DNA of 56,745 bases, counting the filler, from Sphacelaria rigidula (taxonomy: Eukaryota): NCBI GenBank assembly GCA_964200075.2. It is 5 parts of 5 records of this genome, joined end to end, with 100 filler letters (N's around TTAATTAATTAA, not from the genome) between each part and the next. Parts side by side here need not be neighbours in the genome. Positions count along the whole stretch, not along the records: positions 22,741 to 34,009 come from CAXNAA020005142.1; positions 34,110 to 45,378 come from CAXNAA020005143.1; 3 more parts are not named here. One strand, written 5' to 3'. This document shows positions 24,531 to 37,100 of the stretch, in pieces. A model generated the notes under the pieces. The model made no database searches. It was not told the DNA's origin and worked only from the letters and a program-made list of their open reading frames with translations. The position numbers were made by a program, and so were the translations under genes. The first letter of the stretch is position 1. Each line of letters opens with the position of its first letter.

Positions 24531-27500
24531 GTATGTATTCGTGTCTACGCGCTCCGGTTTTTCATCTCGGGAATCCCACTCGATCCTCCTGTTCAAATAC
24601 ACGCATATTAATAGTAATAATGATAGACTCGACGGTGCGTCCAAAGGACAGTAGAGGCACATGTTGTTAGAAGAGGAATCGTGGTGTTGCGGGTGTAGAA
24701 GCTCCCGGTGAACACCGCATCGTTCACCGCTCTTCCGGTGAGCACACCATCGTCCGCATTTCATTGGTCCGGTGTAGTGTGGTGGTGATTATTATCGCGC
24801 CCGTCGCCCTGATATCATGACTACACTCGTCCTTTGGTTCGTCTTCTGGCTTTCAGCAAAAACATACAAAGCATCATGTCCGTTTCGGCTGGCATCTCAC
24901 GCACCTGGTAATCGCCTTGGAATTCAACAAGGTACTCGAACTTGGCACCGAGTGTTGGAGTCTGGTCGCCGCGAGAATGGGATCGGAAATAGCAGGAGTG
25001 AAACGCGACGCGAAGCAGTGTAAAACCAGGCGAGAGAACTAGAAACCCAGCGAAATATTCATCGCTACCAAGTAAGTGTAGATCCGTCGTTGCAGGCGTT
25101 CATGCGCTTCTACTCTCGTATACAAGTTCATCTCGCGTGTTTTCCTGTGGTCTGCTTGGCGGTCAAAAACAGAACCGTCTCAATAATCTCTACAAAATGG
25201 CTGAAAACATTACATAAACTCTGCTCGCCACCGTAGAAATGTAGCTCACACAGAAAGATACGCATAAGCATATATAAATTATACGTATTCAAATATGATC
25301 GATATTAAATGAATGAAAAAAATACCACATCTGCTGGCTTGTGTAACATTGTGAGTTAACTTCCGAGAATCATCCTATCGATCGTGTAATCGTTGTCTCG
25401 ATATTTTTTTCCATCTCTGAAGTCTTTTTTGCCAACGGCTTGGGATGGAGAAAAATATTCGTTCATATATGCACTACCCTCATACCCAGGCATAAAATTT
25501 TGCTGTGTTTTGTATCGATATCAATATATATATATATATAAATATAAATATATATATGAAATACTGCACAAGCTAGGCGTTGATTATTCGCGGCATGTTC
25601 TCATATTAGTTTTGATAAAATCTGGTTTTATGTTATTACGTTATGGCAGAAGGCACAGCAGCCCACGACAGCATACTGTAGCGACTGGTCTAAACTGTCC
25701 TCTTTATCGCATTAGATACCCGTTGACCTTTCTGGGGCGTCCACTACGCGTCTCATGTAACAACGTTGTATCTGCCGGCTACCGCTGCACCGTGACTGTG
25801 TTGTTTTGTGTTACACGTCTTTTGTTGTATTTGAAGGGCTGAGGCAACCAAGAAAGAGTACAGGGACACGCACTGATCACGCTGAAAAAACAAACCAAGT
25901 GCGCTTCTCGGTTGCTTGTCGGATTCAGACGAGGGCGCAGCAAAGTGTTGCTGTTCACTATGCTTCAGATTAACGCCATACACTAGAACCCAGGGCGAGT
26001 AAGGTCCGACTAAGGAGTTGTATATTGTATTTGTGCTGTCCTGTTTCATGTCGAGGAATTGTGGCATGATATGTCATACCACATTGTTTGCTCGTCTTTA
26101 TCGCTTCATGTCCCGCTATCTGTACGCTTTGAATATTGAAAAGCGGCTGGGTGGAAATGTTCGCGTGGCGCTTGATACCACGCTCGCAATCATTCATGTC
26201 CAGTACGATCTATTGCGAGCGGCGTGGCTGCCCACCAAATTGGTTGTGTAAAAAGTACAAGCATCCCCGCATCAGGCTTTCTTTCATGTTTCCTAAACAA
26301 TACTGTCTTTTGCGCCAAGAGGCTAGTCGGCTGCTCCCTCAATGTCCCCTAAACATCTGAGGTCACACAAAATATCGACTGTAACTTAGCAGCCAGGGTT
26401 CAGTACATCGTAACTTGGTTCAAATCGGGCCTACCTGTGATCGATACTAAGGGCCGTCCTGTTGATTACCGTTGAATATCCTGTTATCCTTCTGCTAGCC
26501 GCCATTCGGTCGCAGTACGGTCATCAGCACTGCTAAGACGACCCCTGCTGAACCGAATTCACTATTGTTTTTGGTACAAGCATATGGTAATACATTATAA
26601 TTATAACCAACGTCAGGATGACTGAAGTGTTTCACTGAAGGGTTGGCTGAATATGTTCATTATCCCCTACCAACTTTGTCGTCGTCGTCGCGGCGACATC
26701 AACTCACCCCGAAAAACTGGAAAATCATCCAGGTGGATGGACCACCTCGACCCTACGCTCAAGCGGGACGCGTGGACTCGCGAGGAAGAAGATTTGATTT
26801 CGGAGGCGCACGGTCGAATGGGTAACCGATGGACCGATATCGCCGACTTGCTTCCCGGTCGCACGGAAAACGCCATCAAGAGTCACTGGTATTCCTCTAT
26901 GCGCAAGAACCTGCGCCGGAGTAGCCTCAACATCAGCACCGCCGCAGCCACCAATAGTAGCAGCGGCAGCAGCGGAAACGGCAATAGCATCAACGGCAAT
27001 GACAGCGGTAACAGTGACAAACCTTGTGGGAGGCAGGGCACGTCGATGACCGCGTGCAACTCCGCGAGTACCCGCTTCAGTGGTTGCAGCGGCGGCGGTG
27101 GCGAAAAGGCGTCACCTTCGCAGCACACCGGCGGCGATGCTGCGCGCAGGAATCATGCGAAAAGTCATGACGTATACACCATACCAAAAACCAGTGATGG
27201 CCACTACAGCGTTAAATGGTCTGAACTCGCGAGTTCGGGTGGCGGTAATAGTGATCCTTCCACCATCGTGCATACGACATCGGCGGGGAAGGCGGTGGCG
27301 GCGATGGTGGCAGGAAAAGTGTCTGCCTCTGTGGTCCCGACAACTGATGCCGTGTTTTCAACCGGAGGAAAACGGAATTGTTGGCAGGTATTCAGTCGAG
27401 TGTTACTATGTGCTTCTAGATTATCGGGTACAGCGTTGTGAATGCGTGCTACGTTGGCCCATTGCCAAAACACATCTTGGGGTATAGTCAATCCCTTACG

Positions 27501-29708
27501 TTGCAGCTCCAACAGTGGGTAGGCTTATCGCAGAAGGTAGAGCTATGTCATCTGCACCTCCCGGCGAGTTCTTCAAATGAGGTCACAACTATGGGATGAG
27601 AAATTCTCATCCTCTCTCGCGTTAAATTAATATTCAGACACTTCTTGTTTTGATGCTCTCAGATGTCAGAAGATCAGCTTTCGGCAAAACCACGAACGAC
27701 GCCGTCGCAGGGACCTCTGGCTGCTGAGGCAGAGACCACGTCGCTTCACAAGACTCATGAGGCGCTGAACAACCCTCCCGCAGAACGCAGCCAAGAGAAC
27801 GGACGCGACGGTGACTACACGAGCCAAGAAACCATTGCTGATTCCAGAAGAGGCACAGGTACGCGTAGCGACTTTGGTGGTAGAGAAAGCAGCGGTCGAA
27901 GTCCCTTCCACGGCGCAGAAGAACCCGAACCGCGCGGTGACCAAACGAAGAACAACAAATGTGAGGGAAACTCTTCGCTCGTGAAATCGCCATCGTCCAA
28001 CATTGACACAACAACGAGCGGAGATGAAGCGCCACCGTCGTCTGGATTGTCGGTACCGGCGTTGTCCAAAGCGAAGTCTGAACCTGGTCGCAACGCCGGC
28101 GGCACGGGTACGTTATCGAAACACCGCCCACGCCCTCGGCAATTTGTGAGCACCAGTGTCAACCCGGGAACGTACCTAGGCCAGGGTCCGCCTCAACGCT
28201 CGCAAGACTCGGACGGTGGTGCGGGCGCCGCCGCCGCCGTCGTCGCGCTCGCGGCAGCCCGGTCTCATGCGCGAGTCTCGGCTCGAGCGACTCATGCTGC
28301 GTCGACATCTTCCTCCGTAAACCATGGATGTAGCCCCGGAGGAGGGGGGGGATCGGCAGCGGCGGCTGCCTCAGCCGCAGCCGAAGCGGCGGCGCAGTAT
28401 TCAGGCCGTAGTGGCATGGGGCTAGCTGTGGGCGTGGTGCCGTCGCCCATGCCCCCTCCTCTCCATCCTAACCACCCTAAATATCCCAACCATCATCATC
28501 ACCATCACCACCATCACCATCAACAACACCAACACCAACAGCACCGTGGGTACCCAGAATCGTTCGGGATGGGACACGTTGGCGGCGGGGGCGTAGTACT
28601 AGGGGTGGCGATAGGCGGCGGCGGCCCAGGGGTAGGGGTAGGGGGAAGGTGTGACTCCGGCTCTAGCGGCAGCGGTGAGTACCCGATCGCAATTCCGGGA
28701 ACCTCGGTGCGCAGGTACATGCACATACAACTTTTGCTGGCGTTGATGAGCGTACCAGGGCTTAAAGTTGCCGCTCCAGCCACAGTGTCGTGGACGCGCC
28801 TCGGGTACTACCCTGTAGACACGATTTTTGGTGCTTTGCCACCGGGGTCGCATCCCGTTCCTCCAGGGACAAGCGCAAAAGCGGCCGCGGTCGCTGCGGA
28901 AGCGGCGGAAGCTGCCGCGGCCGCGGCCACCGCAGCGACCGCCGCAGGCGGCCGTGCGGGATTCCCTCAAGCTTCTTCGAAAGCCACGGCTGTCCCGTCC
29001 CACCCTCGGCCCATGAAGCGCCGACGTGTGTCGATAAAGAAACCAAAGGGGGAGCGGCACGCAAGTGTCGGCGGTGCACGCGATAGCGAGGCTTGCAGCG
29101 TTGCGCAACAACACCAGCAGCAGCCCTGCCTGGGAATGATGAACACGGGAGCGATGGCGATGATGCCGCCGTCGCAGCACAGTCCCCGGACGTCGGCGAT
29201 GCTTAGCGGGCTCCCCATGTCTTTCCCCGTGGCGGGATCGGCGGAAAACGCGCCGCTGATGCTCGGAGAGACGGGGGAATTGAACTACTGCGCAATGTCT
29301 CCGTCAGCATACATGGGGTTCGGCGGAGCGGCATGCGCATCACCGCATGAGCCCCAGCATTACTCGGGGTTCAGGGGGGGTGGGACGGGCGCGGGCAACG
29401 GCGGCGGCGGTGGCAGTAGCTGCGGCGGCGGCTCCGCCGATGTGGGCACCAGCGATCCAAATCGATACATTGATTTCGCCGCTGCGATGGGGAGCATGGG
29501 GGGTGGCGTGGGGGGTGTGGGGCAACAACCTATGACACCGAAATTTTTCCCGGAGCTCGGGTCGATAAGCTCGCTCACCAGTCCGGCGTTCGACATTGGC
29601 AGTGCGGAGAAGTTATCTCCCCTTCAAGGAATCTTCGGCCCCATGTCGCCGCAATCGCTTTCACCTCGGGCGCATTGGGCTTCCGGACTACAAGCGTTTC
29701 CGAACTGA
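24237..29708 (+). CDS. MYB: R2R3-type MYB transcription factor. Exons: 24237-24530, 24932-25029, 26733-27387, 27663-29708
   Basis: Spliced repeats [28 protein letters not shown]...[61 protein letters not shown]; consistent phases; long Ser/Gly/Ala/His-rich C-terminus. Confidence 0.92.
24932..25029 (+). CDS. MYB: MYB exon 2
   Basis: aag| acceptor; [34 protein letters not shown] donor AG|gcgag. This frame is not in the ORF track. Confidence 0.85.
26733..27387 (+). CDS. MYB: MYB exon 3 (end of R2 and all of R3)
   Basis: tccag|G TGG acceptor; CAG|gtatt donor. Confidence 0.9.
27663..29708 (+). CDS. MYB: MYB exon 4 (low-complexity tail with poly-His/Gln)
   Basis: ctctcag|ATG in phase 0; 681-codon ORF ending in TGA. 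Confidence 0.8.
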   Translation: MSEDQLSAKPRTTPSQGPLAAEAETTSLHKTHEALNNPPAERSQENGRDGDYTSQETIADSRRGTGTRSDFGGRESSGRSPFHGAEEPEPRGDQTKNNKCEGNSSLVKSPSSNIDTTTSGDEAPPSSGLSVPALSKAKSEPGRNAGGTGTLSKHRPRPRQFVSTSVNPGTYLGQGPPQRSQDSDGGAGAAAAVVALAAARSHARVSARATHAASTSSSVNHGCSPGGGGGSAAAAASAAAEAAAQYSGRSGMGLAVGVVPSPMPPPLHPNHPKYPNHHHHHHHHHHQQHQHQQHRGYPESFGMGHVGGGGVVLGVAIGGGGPGVGVGGRCDSGSSGSGEYPIAIPGTSVRRYMHIQLLLALMSVPGLKVAAPATVSWTRLGYYPVDTIFGALPPGSHPVPPGTSAKAAAVAAEAAEAAAAAATAATAAGGRAGFPQASSKATAVPSHPRPMKRRRVSIKKPKGERHASVGGARDSEACSVAQQHQQQPCLGMMNTGAMAMMPPSQHSPRTSAMLSGLPMSFPVAGSAENAPLMLGETGELNYCAMSPSAYMGFGGAACASPHEPQHYSGFRGGGTGAGNGGGGGSSCGGGSADVGTSDPNRYIDFAAAMGSMGGGVGGVGQQPMTPKFFPELGSISSLTSPAFDIGSAEKLSPLQGIFGPMSPQSLSPRAHWASGLQAFPN

Positions 29709-32700
29709 CAAACTGGCAAAAGAAAAAATCAATCAAAAGAAAAAATCAATAAAGACACTGATCAAACGGTAGGTTCATGCAGGGGAAACATGGAGGTTTC
29801 CGTGGAGTAGAGTCAACCGCTAAACACCGTGTCGTCGTCGGCAACTATTCGTTACTGCGTTTGATTCCGAAAATGCTAGGTTCACAGGATCAACAACCAA
29901 CAGTCGATAAATACCTTCATGTAGGCGTCAACAGCGCACAGCATGTACAGTCCTCGTGTGGTGCAGAAGGCAGTGGGAACGCCAACCAATAGTCGACAGT
30001 GAGAGATACCGCAGTGATATTTGCTCTACCCGATGATTGCGCTGAAGGACGTTACCGTTTTATAGCACTTAATTGGCATTCCTGCGCGTCCTACTTCGGT
30101 TGATGGCGGGGTGGTGGCACACAGCGGAACAGCAATACTTAGTATCGTGAAATTGAGTTCGGTGCAACAAAAGAGAAAGTCGATGTCTTCAGTGCGTACA
30201 AGGTCAGGTGTGTTATCTTGTTGGTGAAAAAAGAAACTTGTGTGCGATAACGCAACAAGGTGGAACAAACAGAACGTCCGAGAAAGTGTGTGAGAGAGTT
30301 GACTTACATAGCTCGGTACACGTTTTTCTTGTGTTCGCAGTATTTCGACACGACAAAACCCTCGTCTCTCTACAAGCTCATGTCTCACGGTTACAAACAC
30401 TTATACAGAATGGTGTATATAGTTAACTTGCAATACCGCATGGCTCAAGCGTCGACGTTTCGCGCATGTTTTGTATTAGCTCAGTACATATATCAATTTC
30501 GGGAGTACACTACTTTACACGTGCTCTTTGGTTGCCGTCTGAGATCGCGGAAGGAACAAAAGTTCCAGATAAACTGCAATATCGTCTGTTCACTTTCACC
30601 AAGAATCTGACTCACTGAGCATACAGCTCGTGTTGGTGGGGACGGTAACCTTATTCCACGCCATAATCTTCGCCCGCGTCAAGGCCACCGTCCTAAATCT
30701 AGACGGTAATGCTCAGAGCATCACTTCAATACAGCATGTGACGAAATATACAAGGTAACGGCGGTACCCAGTCCGAGTACTACAGAGTAAGATCATGACG
30801 CAAAGTACGGTATCCATTATTTTCAATGGAAAATATCATGGGAGGAATGATAATAAAAAGAACATACATACGTGTTATAGATGCACAAGCTTGATGGGAC
30901 TCTTGTCACTCAAACTCAGGACAATTCATGTATACACATCATTTTGTTCACACACACATACACACACATCTGACAAGATATGTGCTCCCCTGCCGTTCCT
31001 AGTCGTTAGCATTCCTTAGGCATAAATACTAGGTGTCGCTGGAGTGTGGGAGGGTTTGAGGGGGTATCAACTATCTATTACTTGGTGAAGAACTTCTGGG
31101 TCAGCACTCGTTTTGTGCGTACTACAGAAAATGAACAGACCCGGTAGAAGTTAATTATAGAGATAACGAAAAGGTAAAATGTCGTGAGATACTTATGAGA
31201 TTCATATGAAAACACAATAGATCACAAAAGTCAACCTCTGACTTGGGCAGTATTGAACGCTAACGTACGGGTGTTTTCCCAGTCCGTCCCGAGGAGTATA
31301 GACATATTACAACTTTCGCTGTTTTAATTATGGAACACGAAACAAACTAGGAGAGCTAAGGGATATCACCGCGATCGTCGAGGGAGGTGTATTCCCTGCT
31401 TCCCTGACGAGGATGACTGTTGCACATTTCTGTTCGTGGCGACTTGGACGATAAGTTGGGCAGACTAGAGAGTGTCCAAATTGTGGCTCCGACTTTGTAG
31501 ACTTGGACTCTCAAGGATAGCACGCCCGGTCGTCTAGGGTCGCGAGGTTTGACAAATTCAGCCAAGATGGGCCTTCGGTCTTTTCGGGCTCACTCCTCCC
31601 ACGATCGTATTGGGTCTGTCTTTGCCGTGACACAGATGCCTCTCGATTATATGTCCATGCCGTGACGTCAGTCTTCGTTATTCACATACAAATATGACTT
31701 TCACAAGTCGAGCAATCGATCATTCAGCAGGAACCGAGGTTTCAAAGAGTCTGGAAACAGGCGTCAAGCATTCCCCGTTCAACAACATTTTCGCGAGTTT
31801 GAGAGTGTAACTTCTGATGGTGAGTCAATCTGTTAGCGGCTGGTGGGATCGACATCATTTTCACTTGAAAAGTTACTGCGTGAATCTGATTGCCAACCCT
31901 GGCGGTCACAGGGTTAATATTGCGAAGTACTCGTCGTTGGATATACAACCCGAAGGTAATCAAACGCCGATATATGGTTCTTTGAAGTCGCTACGGGTTG
32001 TTTACCTTCAACTCGCATTCATCGCATTAATAGGAAGAACACCTTACGAATGCATCGCATTATGTGCAGCTTGTAATAATAATCTACCTGCCCAATTAAT
32101 GTGCAGCAGCGTAATAATGAGAGGAATGTTTCACACCTTGGACACCGCAATATGTTCCCAATATATATAAGTCGAACATATTGCAACATGGCGATATACT
32201 GCCGGCGTAATATACATTAGTATCGTGGGACTGCGCAGGTATTGCCGGCTCAATACTTCTTGATGTTGTCGGACTGCAAACATGTTGTCCGCCTAATATA
32301 TTTTGGTGCCATGGGAGTGCACACAAATTGTCTCATCAATATATGTTGGGGCCATGTGGGCGACGACATATTGCACGCGCAATTTGTATTGAGGTCGCAT
32401 TGATGGCAACATATTGACCGGTCAATATATATATGTGTGTGTGCATGTATTGAGATTGTGTGGGTGACAACATATTGCCCGGCCAACATGTATTGGGGCC
32501 GTGTGGATGGCAATATATTGTCGAGCATATACCGCCGTATATTTCTCCGGTACTCTACTCTGTCGGATCATCCCGTCCAACGAATCTCTCATTCAACGTA
32601 TTTCAACATGTAAATATTTTGTTGGCATGCTTGCTGTTCAGTGCCAGATCCTGCAACTATCCTGAAACTAGATGTACTCAGGGCACAGGGTTGAGTACCT

Positions 32701-33702
32701 GATCCCAACGTCCTTTCGCTCGCTAGCGACCCCGGCAAGGCATGAAAAAAAGTACATACGTATTACGCTATTGAGTTATTCATGCGCAACATATCGATAC
32801 GTTGTTGAAACTCTGATAGCTCCAACGAGTCTTGCGAGGTACAGTGGAAAATAGGTCATTTTTTCCTGCACAAAATATCGACCCGCCGGGAGTTTGATAT
32901 ACATACACATGGATTGGCCGGGAAACATAGATAGGATAAGAAGCGAACCGGTATTTCTACCCATCACACTATGAACAATACAGTATGTACTATATATATA
33001 TATACTGCCCGCCCAATATGTTGGCATGTCGCGTCGTAAATATTTATTGCCCGAGCACTATGGTGACAAGAGAGGCAAACCAACACATGAAAAGCGTGAT
33101 CAATATGTGATTACTCGCGATATGCAATATGCATCGAGCGAATCACATTGCCTTTTGATACCTATTCGGCCACCGTTGCGGTGCCACTAATCCCCTTCAC
33201 AACATGTAATATACTGTATATTGGCCAAAAAGTAAGGCGGCAGAAAAAGTGGGTCGATATGCGCCTTTTGGTACCCCTCTGGACACCGGTGCTGGGTTGC
33301 TTATACCCTAGACAATACAATATCTTCTAATATGATACCAATACTTGATATTGAAATTTTCTTCAAGCATTCTCCTCTCAATATATATATATATATTGTG
33401 TTGAGATGTTCTCGGAGATATTGAAGCAACAAAACATATTTCTCGTGTCTAGATCGCGAGGTGATGCATGCCAATATATACTCGACATGCATTTGCTCTG
33501 GGAAGAAAACGTTCAGTATGTATTGGTCCTGCCGGCCGTGCATGTATCGAAGTGTCGACGTATCTTGAGTCGAAGCGACGCGTAACATATTTTTGACATG
33601 ATATATATTGAACATGAACCATGCAAATGTACTGTTTTCCCGATATACATTGTACATTCTCACCGCAAAGCTATCGTGCAGCCAATATATATATATTGGA
33701 CA

Positions 33703-33936
33703 GAGTGATGCTACGGTAGGGGTGCACAAATATTTTCTGAGGTTAGAATTGTTAGGAGCCCTTGATCTCATCCAAAACACGTCTCATGAAAATATGTGAG
33801 AGTGCCCCAGGATTATACTATTCCCATGTGCTGGGAATATCCTGACTGAATTTGCAAATGGGGATGTCCTGACCCATATTCTTGTGCATCTAGAATCGTT
33901 TTCGCGTAAAAAGTGCACCCTACCGTAGCATCGCTC
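33703..33936. mobile_element. MITE with GAG...CTC termini and 4-bp TSD
   Basis: TIRs GAGTGATGCTACGGTAGGGGTGCAC / GTGCACCCTACCGTAGCATCGCTC; GACA on both flanks. Confidence 0.85.
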
Positions 33937-33946
33937 GACACGCTTC

Positions 33947-33967
33947 TTGTTGTTGTTGTTGTTGTTG

Positions 33968-34009
<42 letters not shown>
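33947..34009. repeat. Compound (TTG)n(TTA)n microsatellite at a contig end
   Basis: Read directly. Confidence 0.95.
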
Positions 34010-34109
34010 NNNNNNNNNNNNNNNNNNNNNNNNNNNNNNNNNNNNNNNNNNNNTTAATTAATTAANNNNNNNNNNNNNNNNNNNNNNNNNNNNNNNNNNN
34101 NNNNNNNNN
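34010..34109. other. Artificial contig spacer
   Basis: 100-nt N/TTAATTAATTAA block. Confidence 0.97.
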
Positions 34110-37100
34110 CTCATACTGGCGACATTGGCTAGAACGAACCCAAGCAGGAGAACTCCCAGCTTCTCGTTGTGCTCGGCTTTTCCCATTTCGATTTACGTGA
34201 AGATTTCGCCTCCCAAAACCATGCACTTTTGGGGTGGGGGCTATCGTAGAAAGTGTCATCGAATTTGTCCTACTGGCCACACGCCTGCCAATAAAGGTTG
34301 ATAGGAGGCACACGCCTCAATGATTTTGTATCATGGCATTTGTATGCGTGGCTAGGAGGTTTTGAGAAGGTACTCGCCCCCACGAGTGTCACTTGCCCCC
34401 ACCGACCAGTCTACAGCCATCTTTGGATATAAGAAGAGCTTTCAATCGTCACCTACCCCATCGATCTCTCCTGTCTCCACGGTCGCAAGTCCACAGCCAC
34501 TGACTTGAGTCTCTAGCTGTGCTGTGCTATCATCCTTATCCACCGATGGTTATTATTGTTTCAGGCTTTAAGCTGTGTGATTCCCCGCAAATAGCTTGTG
34601 TTGAGAGAGAGTCTTCACCTTCGATATCGCGAGTCGAACACAGGATCAGCTTGTGACATCTCTTTCTTGGGATGCGGCTTGTTGTGCTACTGCTATACTC
34701 TTACACACTGGGGCTTCAAATTAGCTTGTTTAATTCAAGCTGTAGGGTTTTCTCTCTCGCTCGGCCGCTGTTTACGCACCAGCCAAACACAAGCTCACGT
34801 TTTTCTTTCAAAACCTTGTACTTTTGGTCTTTGTTTTTCACTTGATATTTGTATACACGATTTATCGGTGTAACACACGCGGGTAATTAGACAGCTTCTT
34901 GGACAGCTTTTTTCTCTTTTACTCGGAGTTTGACAGACATTCCGACTCGAGTCTAGCGGCAGGTCTTCGATGTGTCATACAGTACCCACGCTGGTTTCAG
35001 GTAATGGCGACCGAACCATAAGGCGCTTCAGGTACGAGCGCGCACGCAAGCCCTTTTTTGCTACACAACAACCCCCCCCCCCACCTGCAGGCCATATCGA
35101 CGGTGCAAGCCAACCTACTGTGGCGGATGCGCCCTCTCTGGTAACGTTACGCACTGCACAGAGGACGCACCGCGTCCTCAGGGACACTCGATCTGAACTG
35201 CTGTTTCTTTTTTTATTCTTCGCCACGGGCGGTTCTCAAAAACAAAAGATCCGCATGCATCTCCTTGTGCCAACACACCTCTCACGGGCCCGTGTATTTT
35301 GAAACAATTCTCCGACCAAACACCCCCCAAGCGCCCCTGCTCACCGCCCGTCGATCCTGTATCAATCGAACCGACCGACATGTGTCCCAACACACGCCGA
35401 TTCATGCTTGCAGGTAGGGAGTACGCGGGCTATTTCAATCGCAGCCCGCTGTGCAGACGACTTCTCTTTCGCAAACACGGAACGTTGAGCCCACCATGTA
35501 CACCGAATTTTATCGATGCGACATAATGGGCCAGGACTACGGGATGTTGTCTGTACACGCAAGGTACACGAGTATGGTTGAACACGGCGAGGCGCGAGGC
35601 TCATGTTACTCGTACACAAGCTCTGGACTCTGTACTCTTTTCACTTTTACACGGCACCAGTGTACACTACAGTTTGATGCTCCACCAAAACACGGCCAAT
35701 ACAGCACGTCGTAATCGCCAGAGTACGGCGTACATCCTACGCTGAGAAGTTGTTCCGAATTGAAGTACTGACCACAGTCTAGTACCGTTTCAGTTACAAG
35801 TGGTCTTGGCGGTCAATACGTTGCGGACGGCGAGGTACCATGCTGTACCATATGTCGGTGCTGCTCCCCTATCTGAACAACGTCATCTACATTGCATTGT
35901 AGATATGATCGCACACGGCGCGGGTATAGTGTTGCGTCGGGTTTTCTTCGTGTGATACGAACAAATTGACGTTGGTACAGCATTGTTGCCCCGATCCTTC
36001 GCTGCACCACGCGAAGATCATATGTACTGTACTGTGCCACCCAGCATTTTGCTGTCTGGTGCTTGGTACCTTGCTGTTTGTACTGCACTACATACCTGTA
36101 TCACGGTTGTGCTTGTACATCTGTTAATTGTCTACCTGTACGATGTACGTCACCGAGACCCCAAATCGGCTATTTTCAGCGAACTACGCGGTACTGTAGT
36201 GAGTATCACCAGCTTCGCGGACATTGCCCCGTATAAATACGGCATGCAGCAGTCGCGTTTTTCTTCTCGACCTCGACTTGTCCTCAAAACAGAACTGGGC
36301 GATTTAACGTTGCTGTTCGCCGTACCCCACACCTATCCCTTCATGGCGTGCAGGTTTGTCAAATGCGCTGTTGCGCTGTTGACAGTCACTGAATGTCTGA
36401 TTGTGACAAAGGTTGTTTTCTTCTTGTCTCTTTTTTTGTCACAGTTTATCCACCAACACACATAAACATACTTTTTGTTGTGTGCCTTCTACATTTTTTG
36501 CCCTTCGTCTGCACCTGACTAAAAAGGTGTTAGACCGCATGCATGTGCGGACTGCGCGGAGCTACATGCCGATCAAACACTTTCGATAGTACTCGGCCAC
36601 TCTATCCCCTTTATTTTTGTCCACGCCTCAGTCCCCCAACTCTATCTATGCCGACTCACACGACGAAACGTTCACTGTTCAACCTTGCCATTTCTACGTC
36701 ATCGGTCTTGCGCAATTGCGCAGGTTACAAGCCATGTCTGATGTCAACCGCCCCTCGACTTCATCTGAGTACGATGTCACCAAGGACGGTGCGCTTCCTT
36801 CAATCAGTGTGAAAAAAATCGTACAGTCAACCATGCGTAGTGAGACGATTGGCAACAACGAACCGGAATGTTTTTATGTTGATGATAGCGTTGTTTCGAG
36901 ACGCATTTTCAGGGACGTGAGTTTGGATGTGGGTTCGGATGGACACAAGTCCTCCTCCACATGCTCACCCAACCCCCCTTGGTGCACACTCCCCTGTACA
37001 CCAACCAGCCACTCAAAACGCTGACGGTGTTCCCACTTTTCATTCTTAGATGGCATCTCTCCACGCGAGACCTAATGCTACGGAAGCCTTTCTTGACGAT

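Noticed and set aside
31740..31830. ENVVERG on the minus strand as a copia integrase remnant
   Set aside because: It is a single short degenerate motif with no supporting domains.
22741..33936. Composite transposon carrying the MYB gene between two MITE copies
   Set aside because: The right-hand copy has its own TSD, and contigs commonly break at repeats.
34110..36600. 5' LTR and PBS of the Gypsy element
   Set aside because: No matching direct repeat near 45 kb and no clear tRNA-complementary PBS is visible.
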